Positions 1 to 12,987 of a DNA stretch of 64,000 nucleotides are shown piece by piece. Both the position numbers and the translations under genes were made by a program. This DNA comes from Octopus vulgaris (lineage: Eukaryota), in contig OX597823.1 of assembly GCA_951406725.2 (NCBI GenBank), forward strand, positions 11,594,001-11,658,000, in the 5' to 3' direction. Every line of letters begins with the position of its first letter. Position 1 is the first letter of the stretch. The notes under the pieces were generated by a model, which saw only the letters and a program-made list of their open reading frames with translations, did no database searches and was not told where the DNA came from.

Positions 1-830
1 ACAGTTGGCAGCATTTTCAATCTAAAATGCCGCAGAACCAATTTTGGAGAGAGTCTCTATTTACAGCCAACTGTACTTTGATAGCACTCTCTATACAGGA
101 CATCCAAGTATTAGTTGAGTGATTTGCTTGCTAATGAAGAATGTTGCAAACAAGTCAGTGTGTTTTCTATGGGATCCAAGATGCACCCTAGTTATGCTAA
201 CCTCTTTGTAGCATACAGTGATTGAGCAAACCCTTGCCCAGTTCATGAGACCCATCCCAGCTGTTATATTGATAACTGCAGTTGGGCTGTTGTCCTCACC
301 AGATAACATCCCTTTCATTAACTTCTTCACCCCCAACTTGAAACTTACTTCTACCATTTCTGATACCTCCGTTAGTTTTCGTGACATCTCATTCACTGGC
401 AGCTATAACTACCTGCCTCCTCCGTTCACTACAAACTTAATGCTTCCAACGCTTTTATACTCTTCTTCTCATCCCATGTGCAGTTAACTTCCTGTCCCAT
501 TCTTTCGAATCTTCCAGCTTTGTTGCCTTTGCAGCCTTGATTCAGATTTTGAATCCCAATGTGTGAGTATAGGACGTTTCCTCCTGAATCAAGTGTACCC
601 TTGATCAGTTATGAACCCTGAACTCTGCTAAACCCAGGACAATGAATGCACAATCACTCAGATGGATCATTACATATTCAGTCAGAGAACCATAGCACCA
701 ATAGGTTTTTCCTTTCATTCCTTCATTTCCTTGTAGTTCAATAAACCCATTCTTACTCTTCAGTACCTCTCACAGTTCAAATTTTCCTTCCACCTCACCT
801 CCACTCACTTCATTGGCACATTACATATCT
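1..830 (-). mobile_element. Old, decayed RTE-like LINE remnant (approximate bounds)
   Basis: Minus-strand translation EVSEMVEVSFKLGVKKLMKGMLSGEDNSP...GMGLMNWARV resembles the pre-RT E-V-x-x-A-x-K-x-M-K-x-G-K-A-x-G-x-D region; degenerate. Confidence 0.45.
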
Positions 831-1184
831 CCTTTCTTCTCCTCCCTCTCTCATCTAGTTTCTCTCTCCTATTACGTCATGTTTATGTATGTTTTGTGTT
901 CCCCATCAGTTGCAGCCAGTTTCTTATATACAGACAATGTAAAACTGCTGCCTTTCCTTTTTTTTCTCCACCTCCTGTCATTTCATCCCCAAAGAAGGAC
1001 TGTGATTGAAACAATGGATACTCCACTTCCTTGGTCTATATCAATGTACTCTTTCTATTTATTTTTTTGCCAAATTATATGTCAGTGTGTCTACTTACAG
1101 ACACACATACTCACACCTGTAATTAAGCACATACATATAAAACTTATACACACACATATGTATGCGTGTTACATTTATCTGTAT

Positions 1185-1360
1185 AGGCAGAGGAGTGGGT
1201 GTGTGGTAAGAAGCTTGCTTCCCAACCACATGGTTTCAGGTTCAGTCCCACTGCATGGCACCTTGGGCAAGTGTCTTCTGCTATAGCCTCGGGCTGACCA
1301 AAGCCTTGTGAGTGGATTTAGTAGACAGAAACAGAAAGAAGCCCATTGTGTGTGTGTGGG

Positions 1361-1391
<31 letters not shown>

Positions 1392-1720
1392 ATGTATGTA
1401 TTTATGTGTCTGTGTTTGTCCCCCTCCCTGTCACTTGACAACTGGTGTTGGTGTGTTTACGTCCTTGGGCTGACCGCAGCCTTCTGAGTGGATTTGGTAG
1501 ATGGAAACTGAAAGAAGCTTGTGTGTGTGTGTATGTATATATATATATAGTGTGTGTGTCTTGACAACTGCTCTTGGTGTGTTTATGTCTCCTTAACTTA
1601 GCGGTTCGGCAAGGCTTGATAAAAACAATTAAGTACTGGGGTCAATTCATTCACCTAAAATTTCTTTAAGGCAGTGCTCCAGCATGGCCACAGTCTAATG
1701 ACTGAAACAGTAAAGGATGA
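1185..1720 (+). mobile_element. SINE family A, older copy with internal partial duplication
   Basis: tRNA-like head (TGTGGTAAG, GGTTCAGTCCC), CTTGGGCAAGTG core repeated near 1464, tail ...ATGACTGAAACAGTAAA. Confidence 0.8.
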
Positions 1721-2054
1721 AAGGAGAAAAAATACACGCACATAAATACATATGTGTATATATATATATGTGTGTGTGTATATATATATGTATATATATA
1801 TATATACAACCCATGCTAGCATGGAAAGCGGACGCTAAACGATGATGATGATATATATACTTCCATATATACATCAATACGTATGTGCATACACACACAT
1901 ACATTCATATGAAGTATAAATATACCAATGATACAAATGTTTGTATATGAATATATATCAGTGCATACAAGTGTGTTCATGTATATATATGTATTTATGT
2001 GCCCCAGCATTGCCACAACGTTAGGGCTGAAATGTGTTGAAGAACCCCCCTCCC

Positions 2055-2104
<50 letters not shown>

Positions 2105-2347
2105 ATATACATTAAACATATATGCATATACATAAAGATGTAAGTGTAGGTTATGTGTGTTTGTGTGGTTAAGAAATAGCTCACTAAACACCTGATTTTG
2201 GCTTCAGCCACACTGATTGGCACCTGGGACAGGTACCGTCCACTGTAGCCCTGAGCCGGCCAACGCCTTGTGAGTGAATTTGGTAGGCAGAAACTTAGGA
2301 AGCCTGGCATGAGAGTGCTTGTTTACATACATACAAATATATATAAA

Positions 2348-2733
2348 GTGGTAAGTAGCTTGCTAACCAACCACATGGTTCCGGGTTCAGTCCCACTGCG
2401 TGGTATCTTGGGCAACTGTCTTCTGCTATAGCCCCAGGCCGACCAATGCCTTGTGAGTGGATTTGGTAGATGGAAACTGAAAGAAGCCTGTCGTATATAT
2501 GTATATATATATATGAGTGTGTGTTTGTGTGTCTGTGTTTGTCCCCCTAGCATTGTTTGACAACCGATGCTGGTGTGTTTACGTCCCCGTCACATAGCGG
2601 TTCGGCAAAAGAGACCGATAGAATAAGTACTGGGCTTACAAAGAATAAGTCCCGGGGTCAATTTGGTCGACTAAAGGCAGTGCTCCAGCATAGCCGCAGT
2701 CAAATGACTGAAACAAGTAAAAGAGTAAAAGAG
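2348..2733 (+). mobile_element. SINE family A (~400 bp, tRNA-derived, internal (TA)/(TG) microsatellite)
   Basis: Near-identical to about 10 other copies in the window; B box GGTTCAGTCCC, tail AAGTAAAAGAGTAAAAGAG. Confidence 0.9.
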
Positions 2734-2756
2734 ATATTTGCGTGTGTGTGTGTGTA

Positions 2757-2794
<38 letters not shown>

Positions 2795-2980
2795 TGTGTT
2801 AGTGTCACTTTGTCTTGATCAAGCATGGTGGTTGTAAATGAGTGTTATTGCCACACATACAGTCTGCTTCCAGTTTTCCGTGCTGACATATCTGGTCATG
2901 AGGACATATACCTTACTTGGAATTTATTGAGTGCTGACTACAGGAAGAGCATCCATCCATAGAAAATCTCTTTTCACAAA

Positions 2981-3106
2981 TTCCATCTGATATATATATA
3001 TGTATATATATATATGTTCCATCTGATACACACACACATATATATATATATTCCATCTGATATATATATATATATATATTCCATCTGATATATATATATA
3101 TATATA

Positions 3107-3160
<54 letters not shown>

Positions 3161-3287
3161 CTCCATCTGATATATTTACATATGTATATATATATATATT
3201 CCATCTGATATATATATATGTGTATATATATATATATATATTCCACCTGAGATATATATATATATATATTCCATCTGATATACATAC

Positions 3288-3322
<35 letters not shown>

Positions 3323-3416
3323 ATCTGATATATTTATATATGTATATATATATATATATTCCATCTGATATATTTATATATGTATATATATATATATATA
3401 TATATTCCATCTGATA

Positions 3417-3455
<39 letters not shown>

Positions 3456-3533
3456 GATATATTTATATATGTATATATATATATATATATCTGATATACA
3501 TACATATATATATATATATATATCCATCTGATA

Positions 3534-3570
<37 letters not shown>

Positions 3571-3580
3571 TCCATCTGAT
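2981..3580. repeat. Compound array of (T)TCCATCTGA anchors separated by variable (TA)n
   Basis: About 15 anchor copies (2981, 3017, 3051, 3079, 3161, 3199, 3241, 3269 ... 3570). Confidence 0.9.
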
Positions 3581-3649
<69 letters not shown>

Positions 3650-3762
3650 CACACACATATACACACTCATATATGTCTATTTATACATACACACATACTC
3701 ATAGGGGTATGTATATGATGCATACTTTATGTGTATCATGCATATGTTGTACATTTCTTATA

Positions 3763-3894
3763 TCTCTCTCTATATATAAATGGCAGTTTGTCTGTGCGTG
3801 TTTCTGTGTGTGCTATTTTTTGGCTATAACTCTCTAAAAATGCTTTATAGTTATTTCCCTTACAAACCTGAGCAACGCCGGGCGATACTGCTAG
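3763..3894 (+). mobile_element. Short non-autonomous Helitron (132 bp)
   Basis: A|TC...TATATATAAA start; 3' end GAGCAACGCCGGGCGATACTGCTAG|T shared with three longer copies. Confidence 0.75.
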
Positions 3895-4299
3895 TACATG
3901 TATATATTTCATACTTATAATACATACAAATATATCATAGACCATATATTTTACATGAAGATACTTTATTTAAATAAATATATATAAAGTTTACAATATA
4001 TATATATATGTGTGTGTGTGTGTGTAAAATGTGTATGAAATTTAGAAGTACTTCATGATGTGTGTGTGTGTGCGTGTGTGCGTCTTTGTGCTTGTTTTCA
4101 ACCAATGGGCAAAACTTGAATTTCTGTTATGGTTAACTGAGTACTGTGGTGTACCTGAGCACTGTATACAATAATTTCATTATTATTATTATTATTTTCA
4201 TTTTCACATTAAATTTGATTCTTCACTTTACTTAAAGTTACACAATTGATAAAAGTTCTGCTTATATTTTTTGAATGTGTTTCAAAATATCAACTTGCA

Positions 4300-4610
4300 T
4301 TTTGAGTGAACAAGTCTGAGTGTACTTATTCTATCAGTCTCTTTCTTTTGCCAAACCACTAATGTTACAGGGATATAAACACACCAACACCAGTTGTCAA
4401 GCAGTTGTTGGATGACAAACACAAAGACAGACAAACACACACATTTATATATGAAGGGATGGGAGCCTCTTTCAGTTTCTGTCTACCAAATCCCCTCACA
4501 AGGCCTTGGTCAGTCCAAGGCTATAGTAGAACACACTTGCCAATTGACATAATGGTATTGACCCCAGGCTCAATGTGGTTGGGAAGCAAACTTCATACCA
4601 CGCACCTCCT
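4300..4610 (-). mobile_element. Degenerate SINE family A copy
   Basis: TACTTATTCTATCAGTCTCTT...TTTCAGTTTCTGTCTACCAAATCC...ACACTTGCCAA are colinear with family A. Confidence 0.7.
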
Positions 4611-4877
4611 CCCCATATATCATCATCATTTAATGTCCATTGTCCATGGCTTGTAATATATATGCAGACATAATTATGTTCTTGAGAACACATTCTTCGT
4701 GGAAAATAGCCATTTTGACATCTATATCTAGCATATTGACTGTCCACTTTTAGTGGTCAGTCCTTTAAATTTTGTATGTAAAAAATATTTTAATCTTCGG
4801 ATTTTTTTAATATGCTAGGCCACTGGTTTTAATTGATTAATATCAATTTCTACCCTTATTCAATTTTTATATATATA

Positions 4878-5175
4878 TCATCATCATCATCATCATCATT
4901 TAGCGTCCGCTTTCCATGCTAGCATGGGTTCGATGGTTGAACTGGGGTCTGTGAAGCCAGAAGGCTACATCACACCCAGTCTGATCTGGCAGTGTTTCTA
5001 CAGCTGGATGCCCTTCCTAACGCCAACCATTCCGTGAGTGTAGTGGGTGCTTTTTTTATGTGCCACTCGCACAGGTGCCAGACGGAGTTGGCAAACGGCC
5101 ATGGACGGATGGTGCTTTTTATGTGCCACCGGCACGGGGGCCAAGCGAGGCTGGCAACGGCCACGAACGGATGGT
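4878..5175 (-). mobile_element. 5'-truncated RTE LINE 3' end (family C)
   Basis: (CAT)n tail on + strand, CCATGCTAGCATGG, CAGCTGGATGCCCTTCCTAACGCCAACC; homologous to 48054-48720. Confidence 0.75.
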
Positions 5176-5739
5176 GTGTGTGTGTGTGCGTGTGCATATA
5201 TATAGATATATAGAGAAAGAGGGTGATGTATGTATCGATATATATTTATATGTGTGCATTATGCTTTTATATGTATACTTGTATGCTTATGTATAAATGT
5301 GTGTGTGTACAGCCAGTTATTTCAAACTCTATGTGTAAGGAAAAACTATGATGTGAACTAGTGTTTTATAATCCATGTTTCTTTTCACTGAACTCTGGTT
5401 ATAAAGATCACATAGGGCATATAGAATAAAGAACAGATTCCTGAGTTTGATTTTATATAATATATCAGTATAAGTTTATGTATGTGTATGTTGGCTTATA
5501 TACATACATATATATATATATATACACCGAGGGGTGGGGAATTCTTCTTTGAACACTGTTGTTCAGTTTTCCTTAGAGTTTTTGTTACTATCATATATTT
5601 GTCTATATATATATATATACTGCCACCCCACATACGTATATATAAGCACACATATATGTTTACATGTGTTTTGTGTACACATATATTTGTATGTGTGTGT
5701 GTATATATATGCATATATATAAGCATGTGTAAACATACA

Positions 5740-5801
<62 letters not shown>

Positions 5802-5823
5802 TATATATAAGCATGTGTAAACA

Positions 5824-5879
<56 letters not shown>

Positions 5880-5882
<3 letters not shown>

Positions 5883-6108
5883 GGGGTTGGCCTTTTAAAT
5901 CAAAATTCTATAAATACATACTATCTATAATTCTGTATTGACTCGAATGGAAAAATGTGTTGCTCAATAAGGACATCAGTTTGAACAATTTTCATTGTTT
6001 TATTAAATGGTATTGTTTTTATTAAATTCATTCAGTTGTTAAACATATATAAATCTTGGAATTGAATAGTTTTGATTTACTGTCAGGTGACTTTTGGCCG
6101 ACCCTATA
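5880..6108. mobile_element. Degenerate Tc1/mariner-type MITE
   Basis: Imperfect inverted ends TATGGGGTTGGCC ... GGCCGACCCTATA within (TA)n. Confidence 0.4.
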
Positions 6109-7373
6109 TATATATATATATATCATATATACTGCACTATACTTTTTCATGTTGTGAATGGGAGAAATCAGTGTCCAGGTACAATATAATTTACAGTAAT
6201 TAGTTGCATAAAAATACATCTCAGATTTTACTTAGATATGAACAATTTCTTACACATGCACCCACATATATAAAATATGTATGATTTTGACACCTGCACA
6301 GTCATACAATTGCTCATCAATTTCATTAAAGTATATTCATGTCATAAAAAGATTATTTATCTCCATTTCTCTGTGTATGCCTCTCTCTCTCTCTGTATGT
6401 ATATATATATATATTTTTTTTCATATACACATATATACATATACATACAGAGGGTGAGACATTCACACACACACATATATATATATATATACACACACAC
6501 ACATATTCATACAAGCATACATACATATATATATTTGTGTGAACATGCGAGCATACACACATACTCTCAGATATCTACAAGCAACTTTCTTGATGCCAGT
6601 TACTTTGGTAAAGTGAATGCTAAGTTACTGTTTTCTGTTAACGACCCTTTACCATTCTCTAACTTCTTTATAATATGTGCTTCTTTAGCTTTCTATACAC
6701 TGTACCAAAATCTTACCTCTCTGCTGCTACTGTTGCTGCTGATGTGGTCCCTTTTGGATGGTTGGCAGACTGGATACTTAGATGATGGGTATAGTTTCTC
6801 CTTTACAGCCCTGCTGTGGGGATCTGCATTTAGTAACTAGTCAGTACTGAAGAAATATTTCCATGGTAACCAGAGAAAATGAGAATTTCATGCAGCTGGT
6901 CTTAGACCTCAACCAATGATAAAGCTTCTTCTAAGTTGTGGTGAAGTCTTTGTATCATCAAAGTGGAATGAAATCTTACCCCAAGTCATGCTGCCTCATT
7001 CATTTTCAGTTGTGTGTGTGTGTTTCCTCCTGCCAACTTGGAACTAACGTGTTATCCTTCAATCACTAAAAAACATGCATTCTAGTAGGATTTAGCACTT
7101 TTTGTCTTTTTTTGTATTATTTTTGTACATAGAAAATATAAATATAGATATATCTATATATATACATATAATATATAATAACAACAATAATAATAAATTG
7201 TCATTTTGTGTGGCAGTGGTTTTGTGACAAGCAACTACTAGAGGTGATTCAATGTGACTGCTACACCACACTATTCTAGCAGTAGTGTGAAGTCAGGATT
7301 TTACCTTGCTTGTAGTACTACTCCACTGTCATCGCTACCTCTGTTTTCTTCCTCTGCTGTATCAATTATTATC

Positions 7374-7752
7374 ATGGAGGAGAAGCGAGCGTACAGGCTC
7401 AGTCTCCATTCTTTAATGATAATAATTATTATTACAGTTGACTTAATGGCTATTGCTGATGCTTCACTTCCATCTGCACCTACGAAACTTACAATATCGC
7501 ACATTGAATCTGAATCGGTTCAATTATCATGGGATAAAGCTAATACTGGAGATGTGTTATCATACATTATATTATATCGGCCATACAAAAGCAACAGGGA
7601 ATTCAAGGAGATAGGTGATGTTAAAAAAACCAGGGGATATATAGTACATCCGCTCAAACCAAATACCAGGTATGAATTTAAAGTTTTGGCCAAAAATAAA
7701 AACGGACATGGTCCTGCAAGTGAATCAGTATTGGGATTAACTGGCCCCACTG
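7374..7752 (+). CDS. Coding exon: putative signal peptide plus FN3 domain, LAR/PTPRD-like receptor tyrosine phosphatase or related cell-surface protein
   Basis: Translation SLPSAPTKLTISHIESESVQLSW...YIILYRP...LKPNTRYEFKVLAKNKNGHGPASE has the FN3 hallmarks (P-x-x-P, W, Y, L-x-P-x-T-x-Y, A-x-N-x-x-G-x-G-P-x-S). From memory it resembles LAR FN3-1. ATG 7374 is in Kozak context ATCATGG; donor G|GTTAGT after 7752 (phase 1). An alternative phase-1 acceptor TTACAG ends at 7437. Confidence 0.88.
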
Positions 7753-7853
7753 GTTAGTATGTATTGTTTTAATTTTTTGTTTAATTTTTTTTTTCTCTTT
7801 TGTTTTGTTTTAACATATCACAACATTCCTATAGAAATGGTTTACCTAGCTTA

Positions 7854-7889
<36 letters not shown>

Positions 7890-10302
7890 CTCACTCACAG
7901 ATACATCTCAAATCTTTATTGATTTTTGTTTGCTTTTTTCTTCAAGAGTTTCTGCATAAGCTATATGGATCCCTCTCTCCCAAGCCCTTCCCTACTGCTA
8001 CCACATGTATATTCTAATAAATAGATTGATGCTTGTCATTTGTTATTTTTATTATTATTATCACGAAAACGTTAGAAATTTTCAATATATTTTCATTATG
8101 TTGGTATTGTGACAATAAAAGATTTGTTATTGTGAAAAGAATATCAGAAATCATCGTCATCATCATTCCCCATACCTGGTCATAAATAATAAGACACGAA
8201 GAAAAGTTAGCTTTGTTGGTGATAAATATATCTTTGTTTCACACACGCAAAGTCTGGTTCTTACCTTTCATTTCAGGTTTTGGTAGAGTTTTATTTTTTT
8301 CTGTATTCACCTGAAATCATGGGTGTTTATTTTATTTCAAAAATTTGTATAAGATTTATTCCTTCAAACACTCCCCCTCTCTCTCCCCTGTGAGGTAATT
8401 AAGTGAAAAGTTAGGAATACCTAAACACTCATCCTGTATATCACCTTTTGGGGGAGGAATTCTTGTATGTTTTGTTCTGAGTTCTGTGCAAAAGATTGGA
8501 TTTTTTTTTTGTAAGACTATGTTGGTGTAGTTGTTTAGTTTTAGTTGGACCCCTTATTAAGTAAGCTATAATCAAAAGCATTCCATCCACGACCATTCTG
8601 TTTTTTTTTACCTGAGAGCATGGTGTGTGATCTGAGGGAAATCTCATTGCTATCTCTAGCATGTTAAGTGACTATATGAAGTTTCCATTGTTGATTTGTT
8701 CACGGTGTGTGTGTGTGCCTTAGGAGGCAGTGATTTGTTTTGTTAAAAATCATTCACATCTCTCCCTTAACTTAATGAAAAAACCATCAAAAGCTTTAAT
8801 TTTTTAATTGTTCAGTTTGTTAACTAAATCAATGTTAAACTCTCGAAACCATCATACGAAGTTACATTTCCTTTGTTTTTTTTCTTTTTCTTTTAGTATT
8901 AGTCATTTCATTTCTTTGTGTATATGTGTGTATTATTCACACACATGCGCACATATAACCATACGTGTGTGTGTGTGTGTGTGTGTGTATTACCTGCCTT
9001 ATATTGCTGCTAGTAAAAATTTTTTGTTGCTGCAATCTGCTAGGATTGTTAGAACACCAGGAAAATGCCTGGCGGTATTTCTGCTGGTTCTTTATTTTTG
9101 AGTTCTAGTCCTGTTCAGGTCAACTTTGCCAATTAACAAGGCCAATGGTATTTGTTTACCCTTCCCTTTAGAATTTTCTAACCTTGTGCCTAAATTAAAA
9201 GCTATTATATTAGTATTATGCTGGTGGATTGGTAGAATTAGTAGTGTCAGAAAAAATTACAGCTCCTTTGTTACTATATTTTTGTTGAAATACACTCCCA
9301 TTGCTTTAATTAATTTTGGGGGAAAAAATGAAGAATAGTGATGTTTAGAACATAAATTTATTTGAATTTTTTTTATAGGTTTTATTTAGATTACTTTAAA
9401 ACGAAGATTGCATCACAGAACCTGGGTGGTGTCAGGTAGGTTGGTATCGAAAGAGTTAACGTTCCCTATGTATTTTTAAAGTCATTAGACATTGCCTCAA
9501 GAAGACAGTCTAGTTTAACAGAGAGCAGTATAAGATAATATAATAATTATATTAACTTAAAACACCTTTTGGAATAATAGTTAAGCTTTAATGTTGATGT
9601 GACCTGTATACTGATAGTATAGAGTTAAATATATTGTGAAGATCTGGATGGCTTGAACTAGGCAAAACTTGAAGTCCCAATCAACTTGATAATCAGTATA
9701 TATTAATTCCTAGTTATTAATTTCCCAAAGTGATCAAAAACATTCCAGTTTTGATCATCTTGCCTTTTTCTTTCAATGCAATCTTACCTGAACTATCCAT
9801 TGTTTCTTTTTATTAGTTGCTTCTGTGTAGTTTGAGATTCAGCTGCTATTACTAATATGCAGAGTGGTCAGCTATTACTTTTCTACATTATACTATACAT
9901 CTTAAAAATATTGTTGACAGTAGCTCATCTCACTAAAAAGCTTTTATAGCTGCAGTGGATAAGATAAAAGGGGAAAAAAAAAAAAATTTCCTAAAGCATC
10001 AATGCATAGAACTGGAAGAATCATTAGAGTGTGTCAGAGCTTTGCAGTATTTGTTCTGGCTCTTTACATCCTGGGTTCAAACTCCACTGCCATCAACTTT
10101 GTCTTCCATCCTTCTGGGGTCAATAAAGTCAAGTAACAGTCAACTAATTCACCTTCCCTCAAAATTGCTGCTTGAGCCCTAATTAGAACCCAGTTTCCAT
10201 CTGTGTGTTGACACAGAAGGCATGTTGCAAAAGCATTCCAACCATAACTACCTCAACGTAGGACTACATTATCCAAAATTTGTTTCCGTTTCTTAAGATA
10301 GG

Positions 10303-10702
10303 TAGTGATTTTGAGGGATATTTGGCTGTTATTTCTAGCATGTTATGCAACCACATAGAGGCACTCTGGCTTCTCTCAATACAGAATTGGTATCTGAAAT
10401 AAGGATCATTCAGTAGCAAAGTAATGATAAAAATAGTAGTGATTTTGAGGGATATTTGGCTGTTATTTCTAGCATGTTGTGCAACCACATAGAGGTACCA
10501 TGGCTTCTCTCAATACAGAATTGGTATCTGAAATAAGGATCATTCAGTAGCAAAGTAATGATAAAAATAGTAGTGATTTTGAGGGATATTTGGCTGTTAT
10601 TTCTAGCATGTTGTGCAACCACATAGAGGCACCATGGCTTCTCTCAATACAGAATTGGTATCTGAAATAAGGATCATTCAGTAGCAAAGTAATGATAAAA
10701 AT

Positions 10703-10704
<2 letters not shown>
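10303..10704. repeat. Tandem repeat, 134 bp x 3
   Basis: Units start at 10303, 10437 and 10571 and are near-identical. Confidence 0.95.
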
Positions 10705-10746
<42 letters not shown>

Positions 10747-11117
10747 GGGGGAAGGTAAATTGTGTATATGTCAGTGAATACTTGCTGAAGTTAAATCAGT
10801 TATGGTTTTGATGTGTGTGTGTGTGTTTGAGTGTGTGAATACCTGCTGTGTGTGTGTGCGTGTGTGTGTGTGTTCCTTATCTCTAGTTATCATTTCTGGC
10901 AGTTATCAAATGTTTCAGTTTTCACTGTTAGTGATAGCTAGAAAGAAAGAATATCATCAGTGCTGTGCCTTCCTTTAGGAATTTCTACTGCTGCTGCTGC
11001 TCTCTCACTACACCAACTCTCACTGCCTGAGTCACCAGCCTGTGAAGGCAATCTGAAGAATATACATACACACAAACATATGTTCATGTACATGTTTCTT
11101 TTCATATATGTTGTGCC

Positions 11118-11318
11118 TATGAGTGTTGCTCTATGTGTTTATCTATTTCTATGTGCGCATGTGTGTGTGTGTATATATATATATGTATATATGTGTGTGT
11201 GTGTGTGTGTGTTCACATGTATACGCATTGAATTTTGACTTTAGGAAAGTATCTTTTATAGAATATTGCCGTGTGTCTATGAGCGGTGCTCTATGTGTTT
11301 ATCTATTTTTATGTGTGC

Positions 11319-11356
<38 letters not shown>

Positions 11357-11567
11357 ATGTGTGTGTGTGTGTGTATGTATATATGTGTGTGTGTGTGTAT
11401 GTATATATGTGTGTGTGTGTATGTATATATATATATGTGTGTGTGTGTATGTATATATATATATGTGTGTGTGTATGTATGTATATATATATATGTGTGT
11501 GTATGTATACATATATATATGTGTGTGTATGTATGTATATATATATATATATATGTGTGTGTGTATG

Positions 11568-11608
<41 letters not shown>

Positions 11609-11668
11609 TCACATGTATACACATTGTATTTTGACTTTAGGAACGTATCTTGTGTAGCGTATTGCCGT
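11118..11668. repeat. Tandem duplication of a ~160 bp unit with an expanded TG/TA microsatellite in copy 2
   Basis: TGCTCTATGTGTTTATCTATT and GTTCACATGTATAC...TTTTGACTTTAGGAA each occur twice. Confidence 0.8.
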
Positions 11669-12602
11669 ATCTTTTGAATGTTAGGTGAGAAAATGCTTTA
11701 ATGAAATATTTACAAAAGAACTTAAATTCATTTTCTCGTCCTCCCTACTTGTGGTGGTGGTGGTGGGTGGTGCTGAACATGTTCAGAGGCAGTGCTGGTG
11801 CTGATTCTGGTTGGCAGTGATGTTTGTTGTGGCTGAATTGTTGCAGACACATGTATGTTTTTGTGTGGAAAGTATTGGGTGCTTGATGTTCAAAATTTTG
11901 TTACTATATTTTTACAATTATATTTGAAATCAGCGGAACTGAGCCAATGAAGGAACCTCTACAAGGTTACTTTATCTGCTGGTAATAACAGTTAAATCTC
12001 CTTCATATCACTCAGGCAGTGGATTGGCCAAAGCAAAATTTCTTTCCTATTTAGGAACAGTTGTTTACATTCCAAGTCAAATATTTCTGAAGTCAACCTG
12101 TGTTTCATCTCCTGTTAAAGTACCAGTTAAATACTGGTGTTAATTTAAAATATTCCTATCATGCATCCCAGTTGTGAATGCAATTATAATAGCTGAAGAC
12201 CATACTTGTCTTAAAACAATAAACTAAAAGACAAGCAGATTAATGCAGTACTAGATAAGACTGTGTCTGAAATAAATGATGCTATGGTCATGGTTGGATG
12301 TCTTTGATCCTGAATTTAAATAAAAACTACAATCAACAGGATGATTTATCTTTTTGTTGTTTTGCTTTGCTTCTCTTAAGAAAATTAGTAAATCTCAAGC
12401 TTAAGTTTTATTTCATAAGGTTTTGTCCCAGTTAGTTTAGTTCCAGTTAGTGCTGTAATATAGCATTTTAAGAAATAGCTATTGTTGAAAAATTTTGTGA
12501 GAGTGTGTATACACATGCATACTGAATGATTGTAATGTGTGTGTGTGTGTCCATGTGCATGTTAACTGTTTGTATCTTTGTGTACATTATGGTTGTGTTG
12601 TA

Positions 12603-12987
12603 TTACTCTTTACTCTTTGACTGCGGCCATGCTGGAGCACCGCCTTTAGTCGAGCAAATTGACTCCGGGACTTATTCTTTGTAAGCCCAGTACTTATTCT
12701 ATCGGTCTCTTTTGCTGAACCGCTACGTGACGGGGACGTAAACACACCAGCATCGGTTGTCAAGCAATGCTAGGGGGACAAACACAGATACACAAACATA
12801 TACACACACACCTATATATATATACGACAGGCTTCTTTCAGTTTCTGTCTACCAAATCTACTCACAAGGCTTTGGTCGGCCTGGGGCTATAGCAGAAGAC
12901 ACTTGCCCAAGATGCCACGCAGTGGGACTGAACCCGGAACCATGTGGTTGGTAAACAAGCTACTTACCACACAGCCACTCCTGCACC
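12603..12987 (-). mobile_element. SINE family A
   Basis: Reverse complement of the 2348-2733 element. Confidence 0.9.

Noticed and set aside
2981-3580. CRISPR-like repeat-spacer look
   Set aside because: The repeat is only 10 bp, the spacers are (TA)n, the context is eukaryotic and there are no cas genes.
2924-3670. Many [16 protein letters not shown] ORFs here and throughout the track
   Set aside because: They are translations of dinucleotide microsatellites that lack stop codons.
6277-6840. 187-aa ORF upstream of the FN3 exon
   Set aside because: It is largely microsatellite-derived with no recognisable domain.
7254-7373. N-terminal extension from the GTG start in the ORF track
   Set aside because: Non-ATG start in a eukaryote; more likely 5' UTR, with a possible acceptor TGGCAG ending at 7216.
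12757-12954. Recurrent peptide YQIHSQGFGRPEAIVEDTCPRCHAVGLNPEPCGW resembling a gene family
   Set aside because: It is the antisense translation of SINE family A; the recurrence reflects TE copies.
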